DNA of 64,000 nucleotides from Planctomycetota bacterium (GTDB lineage Bacteria; Planctomycetota; J058; JAJDCP01): NCBI GenBank assembly GCA_029260765.1, contig JAJDCP010000113.1, positions 3,164 to 67,163 of the forward strand, read 5' to 3'. Shown piece by piece: positions 55,244 to 64,000 of this stretch (position 1 is its first letter; each line of letters starts with the position of its first letter). The notes under the pieces were generated by a model. It saw only the letters and a program-made list of their open reading frames with translations, ran no database searches and was not told where the DNA came from. The position numbers and the translations under genes were made by a program.

Positions 55244-56239
55244 ATGGACCTGGAAGTGCTCGTGCGTCCCAAGCACATCGGCCCCAAGCCGCCGGTTGTT
55301 TCGGTCGTCATTCCAACCTATCAGAGACCGCGCGCGCTGGCAGCCTGTCTGGAGGCGTTGGCCGGTCTCGATTGCGCACGCGAGCGCTACGAGGTGATCG
55401 TCGTCGATGATGGCGGGCCCACGGGCTTGCAAGCGGTGGTCGCGCCGTTTGTCGACTCGATGGCCTTGACTCTCGCGCGCCAGTCCAACACCGGCCCGGC
55501 CCAGGCCCGCAATGCTGGGGCACAGCTCGCCCGCGGGCGCCTGCTCGCCTTCACCGACGACGACTGCCGCCCCACCCCCGACTGGTTGTGTGCGCTCGAG
55601 CAGCACTTTCACAAACAACCTCGCCACCTGATCGGCGGCCGCACCCTGAACCTGCTCAGCGAGAACCTGTGCGCGACGACCAGCCAGCTGATCATCGAGG
55701 CCGCATACGCGCACTACAACCAGGACCCCGAGCACGCCCGCTTCTTCGCCTCGAACAATCTGGCGGCCCCGGCAGCCTTGTTCCGCAAGCTGGGTGGTTT
55801 TGACCGCTGCTTCCGGGTGGCCTCTGAAGATCGCGAGCTCTGCGACCGCTGGCGCTACCGGGGCCTCGAGCTGAGCTATGCGCCCGAGGCGGTGGTCTTT
55901 CATGCGCATCCTCTGAGCTTTCGTGATTTCTGCCGGCAGCATTTTCGCTACGGACGCGGTGCGCAACGGTACCACCGCGTGCGAGCCCTGCGCGGTTCGG
56001 GCCGGTTGTTCAGAGAGATCCCTGGCCACGCCCGCTTCCTCGGTCGGCTGCGCGACCCGTTGGCGCGTTTGCCCTTGCCCGGCGCGCTGCCCGTAGTCGG
56101 CATGCTGGCGGTCTGGCAGCTCGCCAACGCCGCAGGCTTTGTCTACGAGAGCCTGCACGGGCCCCACGGCAACGGCCCGTGGCACTCTCCCGACCTCAGC
56201 GATGACGCGGCTACCGTGCCCTCTGCCGGAGGGCAATGA
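55244..56239 (+). CDS. Glycosyltransferase family 2
   Basis: VSVVIPTYQRPRAL...VIVVDDGGP and DDDC motifs. GAGGAG upstream. Confidence 0.9.
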   Translation: MDLEVLVRPKHIGPKPPVVSVVIPTYQRPRALAACLEALAGLDCARERYEVIVVDDGGPTGLQAVVAPFVDSMALTLARQSNTGPAQARNAGAQLARGRLLAFTDDDCRPTPDWLCALEQHFHKQPRHLIGGRTLNLLSENLCATTSQLIIEAAYAHYNQDPEHARFFASNNLAAPAALFRKLGGFDRCFRVASEDRELCDRWRYRGLELSYAPEAVVFHAHPLSFRDFCRQHFRYGRGAQRYHRVRALRGSGRLFREIPGHARFLGRLRDPLARLPLPGALPVVGMLAVWQLANAAGFVYESLHGPHGNGPWHSPDLSDDAATVPSAGGQ

Positions 56240-57696
56240 TGCCCGAGGCTCCGCCGCCGGGGCACACCCGTCGCCCACGGGATGCGGGCGGGCATCTACT
56301 CGATGGCACGATCCACGTGCTGATGGCTCAGGCCCTGCTCCCACTGACCGCCCTGTTCACGGCCGGTTATCTGTCCCGCAAGCTCGAGCCGACTGGCTAT
56401 GGGCTGCTGACCCTGACGGCGAGCCTTGTGCTGTGGTTCCATTGGGCCGTGGCAGCACTGTTTTCGCGCGCAACGGTCAAGCTCGTCAGTGACTCCGAAG
56501 ACGTGCAGCCGGCGGCGAGCGCGACGTTGCGGCTGTACCTGATCGCCAGCTGCACGGCGCTCGTTGTGCTGTGGTTGCTGGCGCCTTCTATTGCCGCTTG
56601 GCTGGAAGAGCCACGTCTGGCGTGGACGCTGCAGCTGTACGCTTTCGACCTCCCCCTGGTAGGCTTCGCCAGCGCCCATCGCAACATATTGATCGGAACG
56701 GGCCGCTACCGAGCGCGCGCGGGCGCGACGGCCGTGCGCTGGTTGGCCCGCCTGGGGCTGGTGGTGCTGCTGGTGGGGTTGGGCCTGTCAGTCGCCGGAG
56801 CGATCCTGGCTGGGCTGGGGGCGAGTCTGTGCGAGTGCATCGTGATGCGCCTCTACGTGCAGCCGGGATTGCTGCGAGCCGCGCGCTTTCCGAGGCGCGC
56901 CCTGTGGAATCTGGCCGCCCCCCTGTTTGTTTCATCCCTGGGGTTGCGCCTGCTCAAGCTCGACCTGGTCGCCCTCAAGGCGCTGGGAGGCACGACGGCA
57001 GAGGTGGGCCTGTACGGGGCAGCGCGCAACCTGGCCGGAATTCCGCTGCTGCTCGGGGTCGCGCTCGCTCCGCATCTGCTGGCGACCATGAGTCGCCTGC
57101 GCCAGGACGGCGAGCAGGAAGAAGCCTCCCGCCTGGCAAGGCAGACGCTGCAGGCCCTACTGATGCTGCTGCCGCTGGCGGCGCTCGGATCGGCCTCGGG
57201 AGTGGAGGTGGCGTTGCTGATCTACGGGCCAAAGTTCGCTACCGCGGGGCTGTGGCTCTCGTTGCTGCTGTTCGGCTCGCTGGCGCTGGTGTGGGTCCAG
57301 ATCTGCTGCTCGATGCTGGTCGCGGTCGGCCGGCCAGCCTTGACGCTGGCCGTGACTCTGCCGATGGTCCCGCTGATTCTGGTCGGCTACCGCTGGTTGA
57401 TTCCGATCCACGGAGGCTGGGGCGCGGCACTTGTGACCAGCGGAGCCGCTGTCTGCAGCGCGCTGTTCGGTAGTCTCGCTGTCGTGCGCATCCTGGGCGT
57501 GCTCCCGGGGCTGCGCAGCCTGGCATGCTGTACCTTGTTGACGGCACTGGGTGGGGCACTGGGCCACTACCTGCCTGCCAGCGGCGTGCTGTTGGTGCTC
57601 AAGCTGCTCGGAGGCTCAGCGCTGCTGGTGGCCTGCCTGTGGTTGCTGGGCGAGTTGCGGACGGAGACCTGGCGGCGGCTGATGAAACGTGCTTGA
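56236..57696 (+). CDS. Polysaccharide/oligosaccharide flippase family membrane protein (Wzx/MOP-like)
   Basis: About 12-14 hydrophobic segments. Start overlaps the GT2 stop (ATGA). Confidence 0.8.
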   Translation: MMPEAPPPGHTRRPRDAGGHLLDGTIHVLMAQALLPLTALFTAGYLSRKLEPTGYGLLTLTASLVLWFHWAVAALFSRATVKLVSDSEDVQPAASATLRLYLIASCTALVVLWLLAPSIAAWLEEPRLAWTLQLYAFDLPLVGFASAHRNILIGTGRYRARAGATAVRWLARLGLVVLLVGLGLSVAGAILAGLGASLCECIVMRLYVQPGLLRAARFPRRALWNLAAPLFVSSLGLRLLKLDLVALKALGGTTAEVGLYGAARNLAGIPLLLGVALAPHLLATMSRLRQDGEQEEASRLARQTLQALLMLLPLAALGSASGVEVALLIYGPKFATAGLWLSLLLFGSLALVWVQICCSMLVAVGRPALTLAVTLPMVPLILVGYRWLIPIHGGWGAALVTSGAAVCSALFGSLAVVRILGVLPGLRSLACCTLLTALGGALGHYLPASGVLLVLKLLGGSALLVACLWLLGELRTETWRRLMKRA

Positions 57697-57745
57697 GCCG
57701 GCGCGCCCCTCTGGGCAGGTGCGCCCGGCTTGCGTATGATGTCCT
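57695..57745. repeat. 51-nt direct repeat, copy 1 (contains a GC-rich hairpin immediately after the flippase stop)
   Basis: GAGCCGGCGCGCCCCTCTGGGCAGGTGCGCCCGGCTTGCGTATGATGTCCT is identical to 60493-60543. Confidence 0.9.
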
Positions 57746-58166
57746 GCTGCTGGCACTTGGCGGCGTGTGTTGTCCGGATGAGCCACAGAGAGCGCAGAGG
57801 ACACCGAGCCAGCAGCCTGCGCCGAAAATCGTGAAGCGAGGTGCCGCGCCGGTGGTGTGATGCCAAGGAGGACGACGCAGGTGGCCCGGATGGCCGTCGA
57901 GGAGGACGACGCAGGCAGCGCGCCGCCGCCGTGGTGCCTGGCGAAGCGATTTTTGACGCAGTCTGCTAGGACGACGGTGCGTGATGCGTCGGGCGCCTGT
58001 TTCCGCTGAATTGCGTGCCGAATCGTTGTGAATCGAACTTACCGCCCGCCTTCGCTGATGCCCTACTTACGGTTTGACGATTTTTCCCGCCGGCCCGTTT
58101 TGGACGTTCGGCCTGCCGCGGGATCCGCTTGACGTGTCGGAACCGCTCCCCGCATACGTCCCGGCT

Positions 58167-58412
58167 TATTGACGTCAGCATAAGTTCTGGCCTGGACGTG
58201 TCGGAACCCAACGCGAGCAAGAAGAAGAGTTTCTATGAGGAAGCCAGGAAACCAGGAGAGGCCTCTCCCGCCCCGAAGGCCCTTCCTGGGTTCATGGGTT
58301 CCTCATAAATGAAAAATGGCGGATGAGGTGCTGACCTCATGGGGGTTGGCGCGCGCAGCTGCAAGGATGCACTGTGCAGGTCCGTACGACGTGGGACAGA
58401 ACTTACGCTGAG
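58167..58412. mobile_element. Degenerate second copy of the MITE-like element (left end TA-TTGACGTCAGCATAAGT; right end ACTTACGCTGAG abutting the IS1634 end)
   Basis: The left TIR matches 15 of 17 nt of the 53909 TIR and is again preceded by TA. The right TIR is only partly conserved. The interior is different and hairpin-rich. Confidence 0.3.
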
Positions 58413-60372
58413 CCCGGGTTTGGAAACGGCAGACATACGCGAGGGACTACAACCCATTGAATATAGGCGATCTCAGGGCGCAAACCTAGTACACGCGTGT
58501 ATGTAGGTGCTAGCCTACGCCTTTGAGGCCGTTGCCACGGTGAGGAGCTTCCGAGGCGGCTGGACACCGAGGCTCGCCAGGTGGTCCAGCGCCTCCGAAG
58601 AGGGCTTCGTGGTCTTCGTGAAGCTGCCCGTCGGGGTCACGCACTCGACGACGTGGATGCTGGCGAGCGCCTCGCGGATGTTGCGCCAGGTCTCATCGCA
58701 GCGCAGCTCGGCCACGCGTTGGAGCAGCAGCGCGATCACGCAGAGCTGCACGTGTGTGACGATGCGCCTGTTCGTCCAGGGGAAGACTGGCCTCAGCTTC
58801 AAGCCGGTCGTTTTCATGCGGCGAAAGCACGACTCAATCATCATGGCCGCCTTGTAGCCGAGCGCGCCGTCCTCGGCGGAGAGGCTGTCGTCGTTGGTGG
58901 TCACGACCCACTTGCCATCAAGGCGCTCTTCACTCCGAACCTTGGCCTTGTCGATCTCGAGCCGCCCTTTCTTGCTCTGGCGAAGGTACTTCCCATAGCG
59001 CCTCGAACTCAATAGCTCACAGGCCCGCTTGGGATGGTCATCCTTCGAGGCAGCAAGCGCTTTCAGCTCCTCCTCCAGGTGCTCGAGGATCTCTTCTCGG
59101 TGCAAGCCCTCCCTGAGTGCCTGGGACTCGTTCTTGCATACGAAGTAGCGGCGCCTCGTTTCACCTTCCCCGACGACCACCTCTTTCACCTTCAGCTGGT
59201 CGTTGATCTTCTTGAAGCGCCCCGCACGCGGGAGGACGTCGCTGTAGACCTCAATGACCTTTCGAAGCGGTGTTGCCAGCAGGTAGCGCCCGCCGCTGCT
59301 CGCCAAGATCTTCTTGTTCGCCTCGGAGTGCATGCCGGCGTCGCCGACGAAGGTGAGGCGCCACTCCTTCAGATCGGCCCGAACGCGGGCGATCGTTGTG
59401 GCGTCAACCGTGTTGCCCGGGAAGACCCATGAGCGAACAGGGATTCCGTCTCGCGTCACAGCCAGGGCGATGATGACCTGTGGGTTGTTCGGGCGTTTGT
59501 CCTTGCTGTGGCCACGCTTCCGCAGAGCCGACACCTCGGGACGTCCGTCTTCGCCCTTGGGTTGGCGGCGGTAGTCGACCTCGAAGTACGTGGTCGTAGT
59601 GTCGAAGAACACCAGGTCGACATCAAACGAGAACAGGTCGGCGGTCCGCCAAAACAGCTTCTTCTCGATCTCGTCGGCGTGTGCACCAAGGAAGTCCATG
59701 GCAGAGTAGAGCTGGGAGAGCTTCAGGTGCTTCCCTGCCGGGAAGTGAGCGTGGTTCCTGAGCCAGTGGTAGCACGACAGTTTCGAGGAGGGCGCCAAGA
59801 GCCGATTCGCAACCATGGCGAACAGTGCAAGGGCGTGGGGCGAGCGCCGCCCGGGCTTCGAGCCACGCGCTTGATCCAACACCGAGTCGACGCCAAGCTC
59901 CCGCCAGAGCGCATCCAGGGCGTAGAGTCCGCCGTAGGCCTTGGGCGGCAGCAGCTCAAGATCCTCGACTGCGATCCCCTTCGCGCCAGCTGAAGATCTG
60001 GATCGAGGCGGCTTGACCGTCAGCCCGCCGCCCTCGACGACCTTCCGAATGCTGTCAGCCAGCCTGCGGAGGGCCTCCGGGTCGACGTGTTCGGCCCGGC
60101 CGAAATTGTGAACGACCGTCGCCTGTGATCGCCTCTTTTCCGGGTCCCAATGGGACTCGGCAAGCTGATAGTAGACGACAGAAGTCCCGTCTTTGTTGCG
60201 GCGCTTTGTGGCTCGTAGGTACATGCCCATATAATATCGCACAAAATGTTGCATAGAAACGAGTATGCTAGCGTGGCGTGTATCTATGTGTTTCTAGGAA
60301 ATCGGCCACTTTTTCACGCAGCTATGCGCGCTCGCGGGCCATCGTGTGCCGAGTTTTCCCAAACCCGGGCTC
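58410..60372 (-). mobile_element. IS1634-family insertion sequence (about 1.96 kb) with imperfect terminal inverted repeats
   Basis: GAGCCCGGGTTTGG at 58410-58423 and its exact complement at 60359-60372, with further partial matches inward. Encodes one transposase. Confidence 0.8.
58515..60224 (-). CDS. IS1634 family (IS4 superfamily) DDE transposase
   Basis: MYLRATKRRNKDGTSVVYYQL N-terminus. FFDTTTTYFE, FVGDAGMHSE and MMIESCFRRMK are typical IS1634 blocks. The ORF track start at 60254 is probably 10 codons too long. Confidence 0.9.
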   Translation of the reverse strand: MYLRATKRRNKDGTSVVYYQLAESHWDPEKRRSQATVVHNFGRAEHVDPEALRRLADSIRKVVEGGGLTVKPPRSRSSAGAKGIAVEDLELLPPKAYGGLYALDALWRELGVDSVLDQARGSKPGRRSPHALALFAMVANRLLAPSSKLSCYHWLRNHAHFPAGKHLKLSQLYSAMDFLGAHADEIEKKLFWRTADLFSFDVDLVFFDTTTTYFEVDYRRQPKGEDGRPEVSALRKRGHSKDKRPNNPQVIIALAVTRDGIPVRSWVFPGNTVDATTIARVRADLKEWRLTFVGDAGMHSEANKKILASSGGRYLLATPLRKVIEVYSDVLPRAGRFKKINDQLKVKEVVVGEGETRRRYFVCKNESQALREGLHREEILEHLEEELKALAASKDDHPKRACELLSSRRYGKYLRQSKKGRLEIDKAKVRSEERLDGKWVVTTNDDSLSAEDGALGYKAAMMIESCFRRMKTTGLKLRPVFPWTNRRIVTHVQLCVIALLLQRVAELRCDETWRNIREALASIHVVECVTPTGSFTKTTKPSSEALDHLASLGVQPPRKLLTVATASKA

Positions 60373-60492
60373 CATTCTCTCCAGCATCTACCAGATCGAC
60401 AACCCCAGGACCCCATGTGCTGGCTCCCCGAGCCCATGTCAGGAGCTCTGGGCCCGGACTCGAAGGCAAACGCACGCTGATCGAACGAAGGC

Positions 60493-60543
60493 GAGCCGGC
60501 GCGCCCCTCTGGGCAGGTGCGCCCGGCTTGCGTATGATGTCCT
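60493..60543. repeat. 51-nt direct repeat, copy 2, ending 1 nt before the ATG of the next gene
   Basis: Identical to 57695-57745. Confidence 0.9.
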
Positions 60544-60544
60544 C

Positions 60545-61132
60545 ATGGTATCTACCTCCAGCGCCTGGCGCGCCCGCGGGGCCGCCCTCCTCGAAGAAGC
60601 CCGGACTTGGGCCCGCAAGCGGCTATTCCTGCCTCGCCTGCCGCTGACGCTCTACTTCGTTTGGCTGCTGCCGTGCTATCTGCTGGATCGAAGCTACTGG
60701 AGCTGGCTGAGTCCACTGAATTTCGGCATCCACGAGCTCGGACATGTGGTATTCGCCCCACTCGGAAAGTTCGTGGGCATTCTCGGTGGCTCCTTGCTGC
60801 AGTGCCTGGTGCCCGTGGTGGGGATGGCGGGGTTCGTGCGCCAGCGCGACTTCTACGCCGTCGGCGTGGCCTTCTGTTGGCTCGCGACCAACCTCTACTA
60901 CATCTCCTGGTACCTGGCAGACGCACGCTCGATGGCCATTCCTCTACTCTCGATCGGCGGCGGAGACGCCATCCATGATTGGAACTATCTGCTATTCCAG
61001 ACCGGCCTGCTACGCGCCGATGGCGTGCTGAGCGTGTTGCTGGCCGCCTTTGCGGCGCTTTGGATGTTGGCGGGTCTGGCTGTGCAGGGCTGGCTGCTGT
61101 GGCAGATGCACCGCGGGGCGGGACGCGGATGA
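60545..61132 (+). CDS. Integral membrane protein with HELGH motif (putative zinc metalloprotease-like)
   Basis: Start at MVSTSSAW... directly after the duplicated intergenic sequence. About 5 hydrophobic segments. FGIHELGHVVFAPLG. Confidence 0.65.
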   Translation: MVSTSSAWRARGAALLEEARTWARKRLFLPRLPLTLYFVWLLPCYLLDRSYWSWLSPLNFGIHELGHVVFAPLGKFVGILGGSLLQCLVPVVGMAGFVRQRDFYAVGVAFCWLATNLYYISWYLADARSMAIPLLSIGGGDAIHDWNYLLFQTGLLRADGVLSVLLAAFAALWMLAGLAVQGWLLWQMHRGAGRG

Positions 61133-64000
61133 GTGGAGAACGCCCGACTTTCCAGGAGCTTCCTGAGCATCCTCCCATCGACGAAGACATGCTGCGCACG
61201 ATCTGGGGCGAGACCGTGGGTCCAGACGTCGATCTGCGCGATGCCGATACCCAGGCGAGCTATGCACCCACGGTGCGCTTCGAGAGCCAGGCGCTGCGGG
61301 CGATGCATTTCCGCCCGACGAGCCAGGAGGCCGAGACCTCCCCGGACGATCCCGAGAAACGGGGACAAGAGCTGGTCGACGGAGCTCCCGGGAAGGCCAC
61401 AGGCCTGTTCGGAGGATTGGTCGAGATCGGCCGCGGCGGGATGGGGGTGGTCTACAAAGCGCACCAGCACAGCCTCGACCGCGACATCGCCCTGAAGCAG
61501 CTGCGGACGGAGAGATTTCCCGGCCAAGAGGCGACGATGCGGCTGCATTTCCTCGCCGAAGCTCTGGCAAACGGTCGCCTGGACCATCCCAACATCGTCC
61601 CGGTCTACGACCTGTGCGTCTCGCCGCGCGGTGAGCTGAGCCTGGCGATGAAGCTGGTGGGAGGGCGCTCCTGGCGGGCTCTGCTGGCGGATCCTGACTC
61701 CGACCTGGAGCGCAACCTCGAGATCCTGTTGCAGGTCTGCAATGCGGTGGCCTTCGCCCACAGCCGCAACATCATCCACAACGACCTGAAGCCGGCCAAT
61801 GTGTTGGTGGGGGAATACGGCGAGGTGCTCGTCAGCGACTGGGGACTGGCTCTGGATATCAGCGAGCCACGCGTCAGTCTGCGTCTGCGCCACAAGAGCG
61901 ATATCTGCAGTCCCCTCGGCACGCCAGGATACATCAGCCCCGAGCTGGCGCGCGGCGACGGCGCCTCGATTGGGACCTGGACGGATGTGTACCTGCTCGG
62001 CGGCCTGCTCTATCAGCTGCTCGCCGGACGTGTGCCCCACCAGGGCTCCAGCCTGCTCGCCACGGTGCGGATGGCTGCTTTCGGCAATGTACCTCCCATC
62101 GATGCCGACTGGCCACCCGAGCTGCGCGCGCTGCTCGAACGGTCGCTGGAGCCGAGGATCAGCAAGCGGCTCGCCGATGTGCGCGCGTTCCAGGCAGGGC
62201 TGCGCGCCTACGTGCGCCACAAAGAGAGCCGGCAGCTCTGCTCGGCCGCCGAAGGGCAGCTCGCGGCTGTTCAGGAGCGCGCCGCGAGGCATGAGCAGCT
62301 GAGCGCCCAGCAACGCGCCACGTTGTACGAGGACTTCACGGCAGCCGTGGCTGGTTTCCAACAGGCCTACCACCTCTGGCAGGACAACTCCGAGGCGCGC
62401 ACAGGTGAGCGCGCCGCACGCCGAGCGTTCGCCGGCACGGCGCTAGCCCGCGGAGACCTGGGCCTGGCCGAGGCACAGGCGGCCAAGCTCGGGGACGCGC
62501 AGGCGGCGGGGCTGCGTGCCGAGATCAAGGCCGCCCGCGACCGACACCTGCGTGAGCGCAGGGCCCGGCGCCGCTTGCGGCAGGGCCTGGTCGCCGCTGT
62601 CACGCTGGTGATCGTGGTCCTGATCGGGGGACTGGTTTTGCGCGAGCTGGCTGCCCGGGAGATTGCGGCCCGCAACAGCGACCTCGAGACCAGCCGTGAC
62701 CAGATCCGTCTGCAGCTGGACCAACTCGCCCAACAGAAGCGGCTGGTCGAACGCGAGCGGGCGTTTGCCGAACAGCGCGGCGAGATCGCCCTGGGCACGC
62801 TCGATCAGCTGGTCGGCGAGGTGCAGGAGACCTTGTCCAACGAGCTGGCCGACCGACGTGCACATCAGGCGGCGGGCAAGATCTTGCGCCTGGCGATGGC
62901 GGGCTACCGCGACCTGCGGGACGCCAATCTCGAGTCTCGACGGCGGTCCGATCTGGGCATGGCGTACACGCGCCTTCGGCTCGGGAACCTGCTGCTCGAC
63001 GTCGAGGGCAACACCCAGGCAGCCGCGGACGAATACCTGGCATCTTCAGAGGCGTTCCAACAGCTGTCCGACGAGGGTTTGCTGGAGGCGGCCTCGGGCT
63101 ACCGGGTGGCCAGCTCGCAGGTAGCACGGATCGCAGCCCAGACGGGCGACTTCGGCAAAGCCCGGCGGATCTACGAGGTCCTGCTCGGGACCTTTGAGGA
63201 AGACATCGCCCGCCGCGGGGACAGCCCCCAGCTGCGCCTGGCCCGCAGCTCGCTTCGGCTCAATCTCGCGGAAGTGCTCGGGCAGCTCGGAGAGCCCGAG
63301 AGCGCCTTGCTGCACATCGAGCAGGCACTCAGCTTGCTGCTGGAGCTGGAAACCTCCGCCGAGCTCGACTCCACGGCCGTGTTGCGCGAGCAGTGCGTGG
63401 CCCTGCATACCCGTGGCAGTCTGTTGCTGCACATGGGAAGGCTCGCCGAGGCGCGCGCAGACTTCGAAGAAGAGCTGGTACAGAGTTGGAAACTCGTCGA
63501 TCTGGACCCGGGCAACCCTCACTTCCTACGCATCCTCAGCATCGCTCTGCGCCATCTGGCGGAGGTTGCCGAGTTGCAGGGGAAACCGCTGGAAGCTCTG
63601 GGTTTGCGGGAAGAGGCTCTGGCGGTCGATCGGCGCAATGACCGCCTGCAACCTGAAAACGCTGTGTTGCGCCGGCAGCTCTCGCTGACCCTGGGCGAGG
63701 TCGCCGACTCTCTGGTCGAGCTGGGCCGGCCCGACGAAGCGCTGGCTCTGTACTCCGAGGCGCTCTCGATCCGGCAGGCGCTGGTGGCCGAAGACCCTGT
63801 CAATGCGATCAAGCGCTCCGACCTCTCCGATGTGCTGCGAAGCCTGGGAAATCTGGCGCGGGCGCGTCAGCAGCCGGACTCGGCCCTCACCTACCTGCGA
63901 CGGAAGCTCGCCATCGATCGGGGCTTGGCGGCGGACACGACCCAGGTAGAGAACGGGCGCGAGCTCTCACAGAGTCTGGTCATCTACGGCGGGCTCTTGC
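61129..64000 (+). CDS. Ser/Thr protein kinase with TM/coiled-coil region and long TPR array, 3' end outside the window
   Basis: ATGA overlap with the upstream gene. GRGGMGVVYKA, IALK, IIHNDLKPANVLV, SDWGLA, GTPGYISPE. The frame stays open to base 64000 (so it is absent from the ORF track). TPR-like repeats run from about 62850 onward. Confidence 0.85.
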   Translation, partial: MSGERPTFQELPEHPPIDEDMLRTIWGETVGPDVDLRDADTQASYAPTVRFESQALRAMHFRPTSQEAETSPDDPEKRGQELVDGAPGKATGLFGGLVEIGRGGMGVVYKAHQHSLDRDIALKQLRTERFPGQEATMRLHFLAEALANGRLDHPNIVPVYDLCVSPRGELSLAMKLVGGRSWRALLADPDSDLERNLEILLQVCNAVAFAHSRNIIHNDLKPANVLVGEYGEVLVSDWGLALDISEPRVSLRLRHKSDICSPLGTPGYISPELARGDGASIGTWTDVYLLGGLLYQLLAGRVPHQGSSLLATVRMAAFGNVPPIDADWPPELRALLERSLEPRISKRLADVRAFQAGLRAYVRHKESRQLCSAAEGQLAAVQERAARHEQLSAQQRATLYEDFTAAVAGFQQAYHLWQDNSEARTGERAARRAFAGTALARGDLGLAEAQAAKLGDAQAAGLRAEIKAARDRHLRERRARRRLRQGLVAAVTLVIVVLIGGLVLRELAAREIAARNSDLETSRDQIRLQLDQLAQQKRLVERERAFAEQRGEIALGTLDQLVGEVQETLSNELADRRAHQAAGKILRLAMAGYRDLRDANLESRRRSDLGMAYTRLRLGNLLLDVEGNTQAAADEYLASSEAFQQLSDEGLLEAASGYRVASSQVARIAAQTGDFGKARRIYEVLLGTFEEDIARRGDSPQLRLARSSLRLNLAEVLGQLGEPESALLHIEQALSLLLELETSAELDSTAVLREQCVALHTRGSLLLHMGRLAEARADFEEELVQSWKLVDLDPGNPHFLRILSIALRHLAEVAELQGKPLEALGLREEALAVDRRNDRLQPENAVLRRQLSLTLGEVADSLVELGRPDEALALYSEALSIRQALVAEDPVNAIKRSDLSDVLRSLGNLARARQQPDSALTYLRRKLAIDRGLAADTTQVENGRELSQSLVIYGGLL

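Noticed and set aside
57696-57731. GC-rich hairpin after the flippase stop as a classical intrinsic terminator
   Set aside because: The stem (AGCCGG.GCGC / GCGC.CCGGCT, with a bulge) is convincing, but only two T residues follow. I report it only as part of the 51-nt duplicated segment, not as a confident terminator.
57966-58457. Short ORFs 57966..58220 (-) and 58233..58457 (-) inside the non-coding arm of the insertion
   Set aside because: They have no RBS and a basic, low-complexity translation. They span the TIR and hairpin repeats and are better explained as repeat-rich non-coding DNA.

Overview
This is a high-GC bacterial chromosomal segment. GC3 is very high in real genes, and antisense shadow ORFs are abundant. 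No rRNA, tRNA or CRISPR array was found. I support about 45 protein-coding genes. Housekeeping and metabolic genes include pta-ackA (4-nt overlap), a class I/II aminotransferase, an SDR epimerase/reductase, a FAD oxidoreductase, a DDAH-type amidinotransferase, a GT2 glycosyltransferase plus flippase, and a GntR-led operon with a C45 Ntn-hydrolase and a sphingosine-1-phosphate-lyase-like PLP enzyme. Signalling genes are dense: a 5'-partial ECF sigma, two hybrid histidine kinases, a tandem-GGDEF protein, two Ser/Thr kinases and an FHA/TPR protein. Many predicted secreted proteins are present: VIT-vWA, vWA-HEAT, an FG-GAP propeller, a GEVED/TSP3/dockerin adhesin, a DUF1800/DUF1501 pair and lipoproteins. 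Mobile DNA includes an intact IS1634-family element lying inside a 2.75-kb insertion bounded by 51-bp direct repeats. There is also a second, highly divergent IS1634-like gene with no visible ends, a 100-nt MITE-like element with perfect inverted repeats and flanking TA, and a degenerate second copy of that element. The best candidates for something undescribed are three. First, an orphan 940-aa protein with a triple-CxxC N-terminus, coupled to a 121-aa partner, inside a long same-strand array running from DUF1800 to vWA. Second, the possibly domesticated transposase. Third, an 828-aa protein with an internal pilin-type helix and two pseudopilin-like globular modules. All functional calls rest on motif recognition by eye; no database searches were run.
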